Shown one piece after another: positions 9,273-19,269 of a DNA stretch of 64,000 bases. Numbering within the stretch: the first letter of the stretch is position 1; every line of letters starts with the position of its first letter. The translations under genes were made by a program, and so were the position numbers. The notes beneath the pieces were generated by a model, which ran no database searches, was not told the DNA's origin, and was given only the letters and a program-made list of their open reading frames with translations. Origin of the DNA: Dehalococcoidia bacterium (GTDB lineage: Bacteria; Chloroflexota; Dehalococcoidia; Lucifugimonadales; UBA3495). The stretch covers positions 693,981 through 757,980 of the forward strand of contig CBDEUH010000004.1 in the NCBI GenBank assembly GCA_965243255.1, given 5' to 3'.

Positions 9273-10811
9273 TCAGTGGCGGAAGTGGCGGACGCCGGTG
9301 AACACCATGGCGATGCCGGCCTGATTGGCAGCAGCGATTACTTCATCGTCCCGTATTGAGCCGCCCGGCTGGACTATCGCGGTGATGCCCGCCTCTGCTG
9401 CCAGTTCGATGTTGTCCGGGAAGGGGAAGAACGCATCGGACGCCAGTACGCACCCGGCCGCCTTGTCGCCGGCGGCCCGCTGGGACAGGTGCACGCTGAC
9501 CACCCGGTTCGGCTGCCCTGCCCCCATGCCGACCAGGGTACGGTCTTTCACGAAAGCGATGGCGTTGGACTTGATGTGCTTGACCGCTTTCCAGGCAAAG
9601 GCCAGGTCGGCCAGTTCGGCGGCCGTAGGCGCGCGCTCGGTCGCCGTGGCCCAGCTTGCCGGGTTTTCCTCAATGGCGTCTGGCGTCTGCACCAGGATGC
9701 CGCCGCTCAGGGGACGGACGTCGTAATCCGGCCCGCCGGGCGCGGCCTCGGCCGGCTCCACGGCCAGGATGCGGAGATTCCTCTTGCGTTGCAGGATTTC
9801 CAGCGCGTCGCCGTCATATCCGGGGGCAACGACCACCTCGTAGAAGACCGAATCCATCGCTTCGGCGGCCGCTGCCGTAACCTTCCGGTTGAACCCTACG
9901 ATGCCGCCGAAAGCGGAAACCGGGTCGCCCTGATAAGCCAACTCGTAAGCCTCGGCAATGTCATCGCGGGAGGCGAGACCGCACGGATTGGCGTGCTTGA
10001 TGACGCACACCGCCGCCTCGTCGTAGTCGCTCACCGTGCGCCAGGCGGCATCGGCGTCCATCAGGTTGTTGAAAGACAGTTCCCGCCCGTGGAGCTGCTG
10101 GGCGCGGGCCAGCCCGCCGGAGCCGCCGCTGGCCGGCACGTAAAGCGCGCCCCGTTGGTGGGGATTCTCCCCGTAGCGCAGCGATGATACTCGCGTCAGG
10201 CCGATGGTAACCTGGGCCGGCATTTCCTCTTCGGCGGCAGGGTCCTGGGCCAGGTACTCGGCGACGGCGGCGTCATAGACGGCCACGTGCTGGAACGCTT
10301 TGGCGGCGAGATGCCGACGCTGCTGCAGATCCAACCCGTCGCCGGCCAGGGATTCGGACACCCAGCCGTAGTCGTCCGGGTCAACAATCACCGCCACCGA
10401 CGGGAAGTTTTTCGCTGCCGCCCGCAGCATGGTTGGCCCGCCGATGTCGATGTTTTCCAGCGCATCGTCCAGCGTTACGCTGGTCTTGCTGATGGTCTCC
10501 ACGAATGGATACAGGTTCACGACCACCACGTCGATGGCGTCTATGCCATGCTGCGCCAGTTCCTCCATGTGCGCCGGCGAATCCCGCCGGGCCAAAAGGC
10601 CGCCGTGGATCACCGGGTGCAGCGTCTTTACCCGTCCTTCCAGGATCTCGGGCGAACCGGTAACGTCGGATACCTGTCGCACGGCCACCCCTGCATCGGA
10701 CAAGCTGCGGTGCGTGCCGCCGGTGCTGATGAGTTCGTAACCGGCATCCGCCAGGCGTCGGCCCAAATCTTCAATGCCGGTTTTGTCGAATACGCTGATT
10801 AAGGCTTTCAC
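9273..10811 (-). CDS. purH: bifunctional AICAR transformylase/IMP cyclohydrolase
   Basis: ALISVFDK, GRVKTLHP, IDIGGP, LRYGENPHQ, ASDAFFPF, QPGGSIRD, RHFRH. Confidence 0.98.
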   Translation of the reverse strand: MKALISVFDKTGIEDLGRRLADAGYELISTGGTHRSLSDAGVAVRQVSDVTGSPEILEGRVKTLHPVIHGGLLARRDSPAHMEELAQHGIDAIDVVVVNLYPFVETISKTSVTLDDALENIDIGGPTMLRAAAKNFPSVAVIVDPDDYGWVSESLAGDGLDLQQRRHLAAKAFQHVAVYDAAVAEYLAQDPAAEEEMPAQVTIGLTRVSSLRYGENPHQRGALYVPASGGSGGLARAQQLHGRELSFNNLMDADAAWRTVSDYDEAAVCVIKHANPCGLASRDDIAEAYELAYQGDPVSAFGGIVGFNRKVTAAAAEAMDSVFYEVVVAPGYDGDALEILQRKRNLRILAVEPAEAAPGGPDYDVRPLSGGILVQTPDAIEENPASWATATERAPTAAELADLAFAWKAVKHIKSNAIAFVKDRTLVGMGAGQPNRVVSVHLSQRAAGDKAAGCVLASDAFFPFPDNIELAAEAGITAIVQPGGSIRDDEVIAAANQAGIAMVFTGVRHFRH

Positions 10812-10820
10812 ATTTCCGCC

Positions 10821-11849
10821 TCATTTCGTAAAGATGACTTGAGCCTCTCCGGTCCGTTCCGCTATGCGCCCCACGTTCACGGCGTCCGAAACTCCGGCCA
10901 GGATTGCCTCTGCGCCGCTGGCGTCACACACCACGACCATTCCCAGGCCCATGTTGAACACGCGGTACATTTCATCCTCGCTGACGTTGCCGGCTTCCCG
11001 AATTGCGCCAAAGATTGGCAGCGCGGGCCACGAATCCAAGCGGAACTCGGCGGCCACGCCGCTCGGCAGCGAGGCCGGCATCTTGCCCGGCAATCCGCCT
11101 CCGGTGATGTGGCTCAAGGCTTTGACCTGGCCGAGATACGGCTCCAGCAGCGGGTAGTAAGCCCGATGGCGCACCATCAACTCGTCGCCCAGATCGCGTT
11201 CCAGGCCGGGCCAGGGACGGAACAGCGCCGCCGGGTCATCGTCCAGGTTAAACACCCGCCGCACCAGGGAAAAGCCGTTGGTGTGAACTCCGCTGGATGG
11301 TATGCCAATCAGCCGGTCTCCGGGGACCACGCCGCTGCCGTCCAGAAGGTCACCTCGTTCAACGGCGCCGACGACAAATCCGGCCAGGTCAAAATCGGAG
11401 TCGGCATAAACACCGGGCAACTGGGCCGTCTCGCCGCCGATTAGGGCGCAGCCGGCCTCCCGGCAGCCCCATACCATTCCCCGCATCAGCATTTCCAATC
11501 GGTGCTCGTCGAAGGTCGTGAACGACACGTAGTCCAGGAAAAACAGTGGGCGGGCGCCCTTGGTGAGGATGTCATTCACGTTGAGGGTAACCAGGTCTTG
11601 CCCAACGCCTTCAAAGTGTCCCAACTGGGCGGCAATCTTCAGCTTGGTGCCCACGCCGTCCGTGCTGGCCACCAGCACCGGGTCCCGCAAGTTGCCGAGA
11701 GCGAACAACCCGGCGAATCCACCGCCGCCGTCCAGCACCTCCGGCCCGTGGGTAAGCTCGGCAAAGGCCTTGATACGGTCCTTGATGCCGTCCATGGCGT
11801 CCAGGGAGACGCCGGCTGCGGCGTAGGTATCCGTGGCCGGGATAGTCAA
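10821..11849 (-). CDS. purM: phosphoribosylformylglycinamidine cyclo-ligase
   Basis: YAAAGV, DGVGTK, GGETA, SSGVHTNGFS, HITGGG, FNMGLG; TTG start inferred. Confidence 0.96.
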   Translation of the reverse strand: MTIPATDTYAAAGVSLDAMDGIKDRIKAFAELTHGPEVLDGGGGFAGLFALGNLRDPVLVASTDGVGTKLKIAAQLGHFEGVGQDLVTLNVNDILTKGARPLFFLDYVSFTTFDEHRLEMLMRGMVWGCREAGCALIGGETAQLPGVYADSDFDLAGFVVGAVERGDLLDGSGVVPGDRLIGIPSSGVHTNGFSLVRRVFNLDDDPAALFRPWPGLERDLGDELMVRHRAYYPLLEPYLGQVKALSHITGGGLPGKMPASLPSGVAAEFRLDSWPALPIFGAIREAGNVSEDEMYRVFNMGLGMVVVCDASGAEAILAGVSDAVNVGRIAERTGEAQVIFTK

Positions 11850-11869
11850 ACGAACCTCGCCCGGCGCCG

Positions 11870-13333
11870 TCAGGAAGCGGTCCGTTCCAGGGCCTGCTTG
11901 GACAAATCCAGCTGTACCGGCACCGGATAGTTCCCGGTAAAACAGGCGTCGCAGAATCCCCCCTGCTGCCGACCGCGTGACACGTCCATCAGGCCGCGAA
12001 CGCTCAGGTAGCCCAGAGTGTCCGCCCCGGTAATTTGGCAAATCTCCGGCACGGTTTTTCGCGCGGCGATTAGCTCGTCGCGGGTTGCCATGTCAACGCC
12101 GAGGTAGCAGGGATGCTTGATCGGCGGCGCGCAGACCCGCAGGTGTATCTCGGTAGCGCCGGCCCGGCGCAGCAACTCAACCACGTGTGGCGTTGTGGTG
12201 CCGCGCACGATGCTGTCGTCCACCACCACCAGCCGCTTGCCTCGCAGCACCGACGGCATGGGGTTGAACTTCTGGCGGACGCCCCGATCCCGGCGCTGCT
12301 GCTCCGGTTCGATGAAGGTACGCCCAACGTAGCGGTTTCGCACCAGGCCGTTGGCGAAGGGAATGCCCGATTCCCTGGCAAAACCAACCGCCGCCGAGGT
12401 GGAGGAGTCCGGGATGCCAATCACCAGGTCGGCGTCAACGGGGTGTTCCTGGGCCAGACGCGCCCCCATCTCCTCGCGGACGCTGTGCATCAACCGGCCG
12501 TCCATGGTGCTGTCCGGTCGGGCAAAGTAAATCCACTCGAAAACGCAGAGGGCGCGGCTGGATCGTGCCGCCCGTTCGTACACCTTGGAGCTAACTCCGT
12601 TTTCGTCGATCACCACCACCTCGCCCGGCGCCAACTCGCGCACGAACTCTGCCCGTAGGTGGTCCAGGGCGCAGGTCTCAGAGGCAAATGCCCAGCCGGC
12701 GCCGTCCTCCTCCGACAGCCGGCCCAGGCACAGCGGACGTATGCCCAGCGGGTCGCGGGTAGCAATGATGGCGTCGGGAGTCAGCAGCGCCAGGGAGAAG
12801 GCGCCCTGCATCATTCGCATGCCGTAGAAGATCCGCTCGTGCCAGTCTGCTCCGGGGGCATTGGCCAGCAGGTGAGCCACCACTTCCGAGTCCGTGCTGG
12901 TAGCAAAATGGGAATCCCATTCGGCTTGCAGATTCTCGCGCAGCTTCACCGAGTTGATGATATTGCCGTTATGCGCCACGGCCAGCGGGCCGTTCACTCC
13001 GGTCACCAGCAGCGGCTGGGCGTTGCATGGATCGCTGGCCCCGGTGGTTGAGTACCGGGTGTGTCCGATGGACATGGAGCCGGTAACCCGTTCAATGTCG
13101 CCATCCCGGAACGCGTCTGAGACCAGCCCCATGCCAGTATGGACGCGGATTTGACCTTTATCGGAGGCGGCGACGCCGGCCGACTCCTGCCCCCGGTGCT
13201 GCAGGGCGAAAAGAGCAACGGCGGTTAGCGTTGCGCTGTGAGTATTGGGTGAATATATGCCGGCTACCCCGCACGCTTCGCGCGGGCCATCAAGAGGCAA
13301 TGCCTCTGAACTGATGGACAAGCCCAGGCTCAT
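11870..13333 (-). CDS. purF: amidophosphoribosyltransferase
   Basis: EACGV, LQHRGQESAG, GHTRYST, HNGN, VVVDDSIVRGTT. Confidence 0.97.
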   Translation of the reverse strand: MSLGLSISSEALPLDGPREACGVAGIYSPNTHSATLTAVALFALQHRGQESAGVAASDKGQIRVHTGMGLVSDAFRDGDIERVTGSMSIGHTRYSTTGASDPCNAQPLLVTGVNGPLAVAHNGNIINSVKLRENLQAEWDSHFATSTDSEVVAHLLANAPGADWHERIFYGMRMMQGAFSLALLTPDAIIATRDPLGIRPLCLGRLSEEDGAGWAFASETCALDHLRAEFVRELAPGEVVVIDENGVSSKVYERAARSSRALCVFEWIYFARPDSTMDGRLMHSVREEMGARLAQEHPVDADLVIGIPDSSTSAAVGFARESGIPFANGLVRNRYVGRTFIEPEQQRRDRGVRQKFNPMPSVLRGKRLVVVDDSIVRGTTTPHVVELLRRAGATEIHLRVCAPPIKHPCYLGVDMATRDELIAARKTVPEICQITGADTLGYLSVRGLMDVSRGRQQGGFCDACFTGNYPVPVQLDLSKQALERTAS

Positions 13334-13395
13334 GATTGCATTCTATTGTGCCAGGCCAAACAGGTCAACGCCATTGTTGGCCAAACCTGTCCGGG

Positions 13396-14166
13396 TCAGT
13401 CCCGTTCCGGAATGATTTGAACCTTGCGTCCATCGCCGTAGCCGACGCTTTCCGTGCGGATGCCGTCCCTGCCGTCGAGGTACAGGTGAATCACGCGCCG
13501 GTCGGAAGGGGGCATCGGTTCCAGGGTAATGCCACGACCAGTTTGCTGCACGCGGCTGGCCACTCGGTCGGCCATCTCCCTTAGCGAATCCTCTCGGCGC
13601 TGGCGGTACTGCTCTACGTCCAGGGCCACCCTGATGCCTTCCTGGTCAAACTGCTGGCGGACGATGCTCTGCACGATGAACTGGAGCGATTGTAGCGTGT
13701 TGCCGCGCCGGCCGATCAGCAGCCCGGAGTCCGGGCCATTGATGTCGATGACCGGGCCGCCGGCGAATTCGTCGTGCTCGGCCCGGAGGATGACGTCCAC
13801 GTCGGCGCCCACGCTGTCCAGGATCCGCTCCACGGCCTCCAGGGCAGCGGCGGCCGGCGTATCCGCAGCGACGGCGACGTCCACGGATTCGTCGCGGCTT
13901 TCTTCAGCCTCGTCTTCCTCTACGACAGCAACCTCAGCAGGGGCAGCTTCGTTTTCCTCCCCGGTGGCAACATAAGGAGGGGCAGCGCCGCCGGCACCAA
14001 GACGCGTAACGCGGACCTCAGCCAGCTCGCCGCCGATGCCCAGGAAGCCCTGGCGACCCCTACTTAGTATTTCGACCTCGACCTCGCTGCGGTCGGCGCC
14101 GAGAGTTGCGAGCGCCTGCTCTTCGGCCTCTTCTACGGTTCTCCCGGTTTGTACTATCTGGTCCAT
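13396..14166 (-). CDS. jag: Jag/EloR (KhpB) RNA-binding protein
   Basis: GRTVEEA N-domain, KH (LIGRRG), R3H (RRVIH); AGGAG RBS before ATG 14166. Confidence 0.93.
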   Translation of the reverse strand: MDQIVQTGRTVEEAEEQALATLGADRSEVEVEILSRGRQGFLGIGGELAEVRVTRLGAGGAAPPYVATGEENEAAPAEVAVVEEDEAEESRDESVDVAVAADTPAAAALEAVERILDSVGADVDVILRAEHDEFAGGPVIDINGPDSGLLIGRRGNTLQSLQFIVQSIVRQQFDQEGIRVALDVEQYRQRREDSLREMADRVASRVQQTGRGITLEPMPPSDRRVIHLYLDGRDGIRTESVGYGDGRKVQIIPERD

Positions 14167-14995
14167 CACTGCTGCTCTCCTGCTGGGTGGGAACAACTTC
14201 CTCGATAGTTACCGAGGATTCCTCCTCCTGGTCGCCGCGTCGCGGGAACAGGGGGAACAACGGCCCCCAACCGGTAATAAAGTACTGGATACCGATGCCG
14301 ATGAGATTGGAGACTACCCAATACAGCGGCAAACCGCTGGGCCATCCCAGCGAGAACGCCCCCAGGAAGATGGGCATCATCCACAGCATCATGGTTTGAC
14401 TTGACTGCTGACGCGGGTCCGGTGAAGGCATCTGCGTCATCTTCTGCTGTACCCAGGTGGTTACGGCCACTAGCACCGGCATCACGATGGGCGACGGGTC
14501 CGGCCGGCTCAGGTCCATCCACAAGAATCCGTTGTTCACCGGAATTGCGGCGTGAATCGGCACGAAAGTAAGCCACGAGTACAGCTTGTCCGAAAGGTTC
14601 ACCAGGTCTTCCGGATTGTTGAACAGCGTCAGAATCAACACTCGGAACAAGCCGATGAGTATGGGCATCTGCACGATCAGAGGCCCCAGGCAGCCGATGG
14701 GGTTGACTCCGCTCTGCCGATACAGCGCCATGGTTTCCTGGGAGATGCGCTGCCGGTCGCCGGCGTAGCGCTCCTGTATCTCCCGCACCCTGGGTTGCAG
14801 GCTCGTCATCGAGCGCATCTGCCGCAGTTGCCGCACCGTCAGCGGGATGGTTACCACTCTGACCAACACGGTAAAGGCGATGATGGCCAGGCCCATCTGC
14901 GAAAAGCACAGCACGTACAACACCAACAGGGTGTTGAGCATGGGCCGGATGATGACTTCGTTCCAGAGCAGAACGAATATGGAGAAAAATTCCAC
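14060..14995 (-). CDS. yidC: membrane protein insertase YidC
   Basis: LQPRVREIQERY, GVNPIGCLGP, QMPIL, FLWMDL, GLPLYW. Confidence 0.95.
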   Translation of the reverse strand: MEFFSIFVLLWNEVIIRPMLNTLLVLYVLCFSQMGLAIIAFTVLVRVVTIPLTVRQLRQMRSMTSLQPRVREIQERYAGDRQRISQETMALYRQSGVNPIGCLGPLIVQMPILIGLFRVLILTLFNNPEDLVNLSDKLYSWLTFVPIHAAIPVNNGFLWMDLSRPDPSPIVMPVLVAVTTWVQQKMTQMPSPDPRQQSSQTMMLWMMPIFLGAFSLGWPSGLPLYWVVSNLIGIGIQYFITGWGPLFPLFPRRGDQEEESSVTIEEVVPTQQESSSDGPDSTNRENRRRGRRAGARNSRRRPQRGRGRNTK

Positions 14996-15036
14996 TGGCT
15001 TGAACCTGTATCGCTACCCGGTGAGCAGCGCGTTCC

Positions 15037-16248
15037 TCAGCATTGGGTGTTCTCTTGAGTGTTGTAACACCATTGGATGTTGATCCCCGACAGCACTTGA
15101 ACCCGGCGCACCGTGCCGTCGTCAGAGCCGATGTACACCGAATCTGCCGGAACCGGCAGGCCGGCTGACACTCGATCCGGCAGGCGCGAGAGAGGCGCCT
15201 TCACCTCGGCGTCGCCTACCGTCAGGGAAGCGATTTCCTGGGCCGCCCCGTGGCTGGCTTCCGTGGCGCGCAGGACGGACAGCTTGCCCTCAACGGTGGC
15301 CACTACCAGCCCTCGCTCCAACAGCGCCGGGCTGGATACGATGGGCGCGCCCAGGTCATATTCCCAGAGCAGCACCCCGTTTTCGTCCAGGGCGTAAACC
15401 TTCCCGTCCATCGCGGGGGCAAAGATGGTCCGGCCTGATGTGGCCGGGGTCGCCCACCACCAGTTGTTTGCCGAAAACTGCCAGCGCAATTGGCCGTCGT
15501 TTAATCCCAGTCCATACAACTGGCGGTCAAAAGAGCCGATAATCAACAGATTCTTGTGAATCAGAGGACTGGCAACCACCGCCGCGCCCGTTTCAAACTG
15601 CCACTTCACCGTTCCCGTTTCCAGGCTGACCGCATACACGTTGCCGTCCTGCGATCCGAAGTAGGCGACGCCGTTGCGCAGCACCGGCGTTGACCATACT
15701 TCCCCTCCGGTCATAAAGGGCGACCACGTCAGGTTTTCTCCCGTCAACGCGTTGTAGGCGTACAGGCCGCCGTCTTCAGAGCCGACGGCGACGATGCCAC
15801 CGGCTTCATCCAACGCAGGACTGCTCACCAACGGCAGTATGTCTTCTGACTCAACCTGTGGCTGCCGCCAGACCGCTTCCGCCGGCGCGCCGCCGTCCGG
15901 AGTATTCAGCGCGTACAAGAAACCGTCTATGCCCGACACGTACAGATAGCGACCCAGCGAGGGTGCGCTGTAGGCTCCCAGAAATCCTTTCTCACCGCCC
16001 ACCGTGGAAATCCAGCGGGTGCTCACTCCCTCCGGCCCAAGGTCGTTCAGCGCGTACACTTGCCCGTTCAGGGTCGTCGCGTACACCACTCCGTCGGCCG
16101 CGGCTACGGAGCCCCAGCCCTTGGTGGATGCCCCCAGGTTGGGAGTGCAACCGGCCAAACCCAGCAGCAGCGCTGCCACAATCAGCAGCAATGCGACCGG
16201 CGTCCGGTTCTGCGGTAGGTTGCGGAAGGGCGGGAAATGGTGAGGCAT
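15037..16248 (-). CDS. PQQ-like beta-propeller lipoprotein (BamB-like repeats)
   Basis: LGLAGC lipobox; repeated GS.DG.(V/L)YA...G...W. Confidence 0.85.
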   Translation of the reverse strand: MPHHFPPFRNLPQNRTPVALLLIVAALLLGLAGCTPNLGASTKGWGSVAAADGVVYATTLNGQVYALNDLGPEGVSTRWISTVGGEKGFLGAYSAPSLGRYLYVSGIDGFLYALNTPDGGAPAEAVWRQPQVESEDILPLVSSPALDEAGGIVAVGSEDGGLYAYNALTGENLTWSPFMTGGEVWSTPVLRNGVAYFGSQDGNVYAVSLETGTVKWQFETGAAVVASPLIHKNLLIIGSFDRQLYGLGLNDGQLRWQFSANNWWWATPATSGRTIFAPAMDGKVYALDENGVLLWEYDLGAPIVSSPALLERGLVVATVEGKLSVLRATEASHGAAQEIASLTVGDAEVKAPLSRLPDRVSAGLPVPADSVYIGSDDGTVRRVQVLSGINIQWCYNTQENTQC

Positions 16249-16276
16249 GTTTATCAAAAGCCGCTTCAAACGGACG

Positions 16277-16486
16277 TTACACCACCGGATCGTATCCCCG
16301 GCCGCCCAGGGGACGGCAGCGCAGGATTCGCCGCAAGCCCAACCAGACGCCCCGGGCCGCGCCGTAGCGTTCCACCGCGTCCGCCGTATATTGCGAACAG
16401 CTGGGGTGAAAACGGCAAACGGTCGGCAGATATGGCGATAACGCCTGTTGGTATAGGCGGATCAACAGCAGCGCGGCGGCTTTCAT
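16277..16486 (-). CDS. yidD: membrane protein insertion efficiency factor
   Basis: IRLYQ..LSP, CRFHPSCSQY, RILRCRP, GYDPV. Confidence 0.95.
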   Translation of the reverse strand: MKAAALLLIRLYQQALSPYLPTVCRFHPSCSQYTADAVERYGAARGVWLGLRRILRCRPLGGRGYDPVV

Positions 16487-16833
16487 TGCGTGGACTCCGG
16501 CACTGCTGCCGTCAGCTTGGTTCGGCGCATCAGATTGCTCACCGCCTGCCGCAGCTCGTCGTAGTCAGCCTCGCCGGCTCCGCGCCGCGCCATGATTATG
16601 GTATCCCAGCCGGGACGGAAACCGCTGCTGCGGACGCTTTCCCGCAGCCGGCGCTTGACCCGGTTTCTGACCACTGCATTGCCGACTCGCTTGCCGGCGA
16701 TGAAGCAGAATCGGCTGTGGTCCAGTCCGTTGGGCGACAGTCGGAAAACCAGCAGGCGGTTAGCGACGCTGCGCCCTTCACGGTGAATCTCCGAAATTCG
16801 GGCGTCGCCGGTAAGCCTGTGCTGTTTTTGCAT
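16483..16833 (-). CDS. rnpA: ribonuclease P protein component
   Basis: KRVGNAVVRNRVKRRLRE; position next to rpmH. Confidence 0.96.
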   Translation of the reverse strand: MQKQHRLTGDARISEIHREGRSVANRLLVFRLSPNGLDHSRFCFIAGKRVGNAVVRNRVKRRLRESVRSSGFRPGWDTIIMARRGAGEADYDELRQAVSNLMRRTKLTAAVPESTQ

Positions 16834-16872
16834 CGAAGTTTGTGGAAGACTGCGACGTTGCGGAAGGGCTGG

Positions 16873-17010
16873 CTAAACCGACAGCCGGTGCCGGCCCTTG
16901 AACCGGCGACGGCGCAGGACGGCCCGTCCGTCTGAAGTTCGGGAACGGGAGCGGAAGCCGTGCACTCGGGCCCGGCGTCGCTTTTTGGGCTGATAAGTTC
17001 GTTTGGGCAT
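16873..17010 (-). CDS. rpmH: 50S ribosomal protein L34 (absent from ORF track)
   Basis: Manual translation [45 protein letters not shown]. Confidence 0.97.
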   Translation of the reverse strand: MPKRTYQPKKRRRARVHGFRSRSRTSDGRAVLRRRRFKGRHRLSV

Positions 17011-17140
17011 TGTCTATCTCCGGCGGCATTCAATACTAACGTCATCGCCCCACTGCGTCAAGAATTCCAACGGCGTCATTCCCCCATCCGCTCTGTCGGG
17101 TTATAATTGGCCCACACCGCAATGCTCTGGATGTGCCGTG

Positions 17141-17533
17141 ATGAAAGAACGCTATGAACAGGAAATCGAGCAACTGCTCAGCGAACTGGATTCCGAGCCG
17201 GCGGACGGCTCGCGTCAGCCCGCTCCCGATAACTCCCCGCCTCCGCTGGACGACCAGCCTTCGCCCTTCGCGCCCAGGCCCAGGCAAAGCGCCCGCCTGA
17301 TTTCTCCGGGCAAGCTGGCCCTGGCCGGCGTCGCCATGGCGATTGGCGGCTTGCTCCTGCCGGTGCTCAAGTGGCTGTCCATCGCCGGGCTGGCGGTTAT
17401 GGGTGTGGCGATAGTTTGGATGTTTGCCCGCCGCTGGAGCGGCGCCCCGGCTTCAACCTACTGGCGCGGCCGACCGATTGACGACCCGCCGCAGGGAGCC
17501 TGGCAGCGCTTCCGCCGTTGGCTTTCCCAGTAG
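17141..17533 (+). CDS. hypothetical membrane protein
   Basis: MKERYEQEIEQLL, two hydrophobic helices, YWRGR; TATAAT at 17102. Confidence 0.7.
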   Translation: MKERYEQEIEQLLSELDSEPADGSRQPAPDNSPPPLDDQPSPFAPRPRQSARLISPGKLALAGVAMAIGGLLLPVLKWLSIAGLAVMGVAIVWMFARRWSGAPASTYWRGRPIDDPPQGAWQRFRRWLSQ

Positions 17534-17542
17534 GGCCGGCCG

Positions 17543-19144
17543 TTACCAGCCTACCGCTGCGCCGTCCTTGCGCGGCTCGCTGCCGCCGCTCAGCACGCCG
17601 TTGTCCGGGTTGCGGCTGATGGCCTGGCCGCCGCCCATGCCGCCGGCGCCTCCGCGGCCCGGCCCATGCATCACGTTGACCCGATGGCCCCGGCGGTGCA
17701 ATTCCATCACCACGTCGTTGTCCACGTCGCCCTCCAGCCAGACCGAATCGCCCACCACCTGGAAACGCAGCGCGTCCAGCGCTCCCTGAGAGTCCATCCC
17801 GAAGTCCACCATGTTGGTGATCACCTGGAGGTGGCCCTGGGGCTGCATAAAGCCGCCCATCACGCCGTAGCTCAGCCACAGCTCGTCGTCCCGCGTTGCC
17901 AGCGCCGGGATGATGGTGTGGAATGGACGCTTGCCGCCGGTCAACGCGTTGGGATGCTCCGGGTTCAGGCTGAATAGCGATGCGCGGTTGTGCAGCACGA
18001 TGCCCGTGCCCGGCGCCACCAGGCCGGAGCCAAAGTTGGCGAACACGCTGTTGATCAGCGAACAGGCATTGCCGTCGCCGTCGATCACGCTGATGTACAC
18101 GGTGTCGCTGCCCGGCACCATTTTGCCGTAGGGCGCGGTGTCCATGGCTCGCATGGGATCAATCAGCTTGCGCCGGCCGTCGGCGAACTTCTTCGACGTC
18201 CACATCTCGATAGGCACATCGACGCATCGCGGGTCGGCCAGGTATTCAAAGCCGTCCGCAAACCCCAGCCGGGTCGCCTCAATCAGATGGTGGTAGCGAT
18301 CGGCGCTCTGCGGCCCCATGCCGCCAATGTCGAATCCTTCGGCGATGTTCAACGCCTCCAGCGCGATGATTCCCTGTCCGTTGGGCGGACACTCCCAGCA
18401 GGTTACGCCCCGGTAGTCCGTCTTGATCGGTTCATCCCAGTCGGAATGGTGGATAGCCAGGTCTTCTTCTGTTAGCCAGCCGCCCTGTTCCTGCACGAAG
18501 TTGGCCATGGCCTGGGCGATTGGCCCCTTGTAAAAGGCTTCGCTGCCGCCTTCGGCGACGGTGCGCAGCGTTTTCGCCAGCGTGGGCAGTCGCATCATCT
18601 CCCCCTCCCGGGGAGCGCGCCCGTTGGTGAGCAGTTCCTGGCCGGAAGGCAGCGCGGCCAGCTTATCCTCCTGCTGCTTCCACTGGAACCCGATGATGTC
18701 GCTCACCGGAAAGCCTTGCTCCGCATAGTCGATGGCCGGCTGCAGGGCGTCGGCCAGGCCGATACTGCCCTCGCTCTCAAGCAGAATCTCCCACCCGTGT
18801 ACTGTGCCCGGCACCGATATGGAAAGTGGGCCGAAGGCCGGCATCTGGCGGTGTCCTTTGGCCTGCAGGTCATCAATGCTCGCCGACAGGGGGGTTCGCC
18901 CGCTGCCGTTCAACGCCACTACGTCCTTCTTCGATGCTTTCCAGATGAGCGCGAACACGTCGCCGCCCACGCCGGTGGACATCGGTTCCACCACGTTCAG
19001 GGTCGCCGCGGTGGCGACGGCGGCGTCAACAGCGTTGCCGCCGGCCATCAGGATACGCAGGCCGGCCATGGCGGCCAGCGGCTGGCTGGTGGCAACCATG
19101 CCATGGGTTGCGTGAACGGTAGAACGACGTGAATTGAAAAACAT
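17543..19144 (-). CDS. ggt: gamma-glutamyltransferase
   Basis: GGNAVDAA, SVPG, PPNGQG, DTVY nucleophile Thr, KRPFHTIIP, GVMGG, EPRKDG. Confidence 0.93.
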   Translation of the reverse strand: MFFNSRRSTVHATHGMVATSQPLAAMAGLRILMAGGNAVDAAVATAATLNVVEPMSTGVGGDVFALIWKASKKDVVALNGSGRTPLSASIDDLQAKGHRQMPAFGPLSISVPGTVHGWEILLESEGSIGLADALQPAIDYAEQGFPVSDIIGFQWKQQEDKLAALPSGQELLTNGRAPREGEMMRLPTLAKTLRTVAEGGSEAFYKGPIAQAMANFVQEQGGWLTEEDLAIHHSDWDEPIKTDYRGVTCWECPPNGQGIIALEALNIAEGFDIGGMGPQSADRYHHLIEATRLGFADGFEYLADPRCVDVPIEMWTSKKFADGRRKLIDPMRAMDTAPYGKMVPGSDTVYISVIDGDGNACSLINSVFANFGSGLVAPGTGIVLHNRASLFSLNPEHPNALTGGKRPFHTIIPALATRDDELWLSYGVMGGFMQPQGHLQVITNMVDFGMDSQGALDALRFQVVGDSVWLEGDVDNDVVMELHRRGHRVNVMHGPGRGGAGGMGGGQAISRNPDNGVLSGGSEPRKDGAAVGW

Positions 19145-19269
19145 GGCAACTGCTCCGAAGCGCGCAGGGCATCTCTCACTGTTCCGTCTTTGTACACCCA
19201 CACGCCACGATTGACAAGAACGGACTGTCAATCATGGCCATCAGCGAAGACCGACTCAATGGACGAAGC

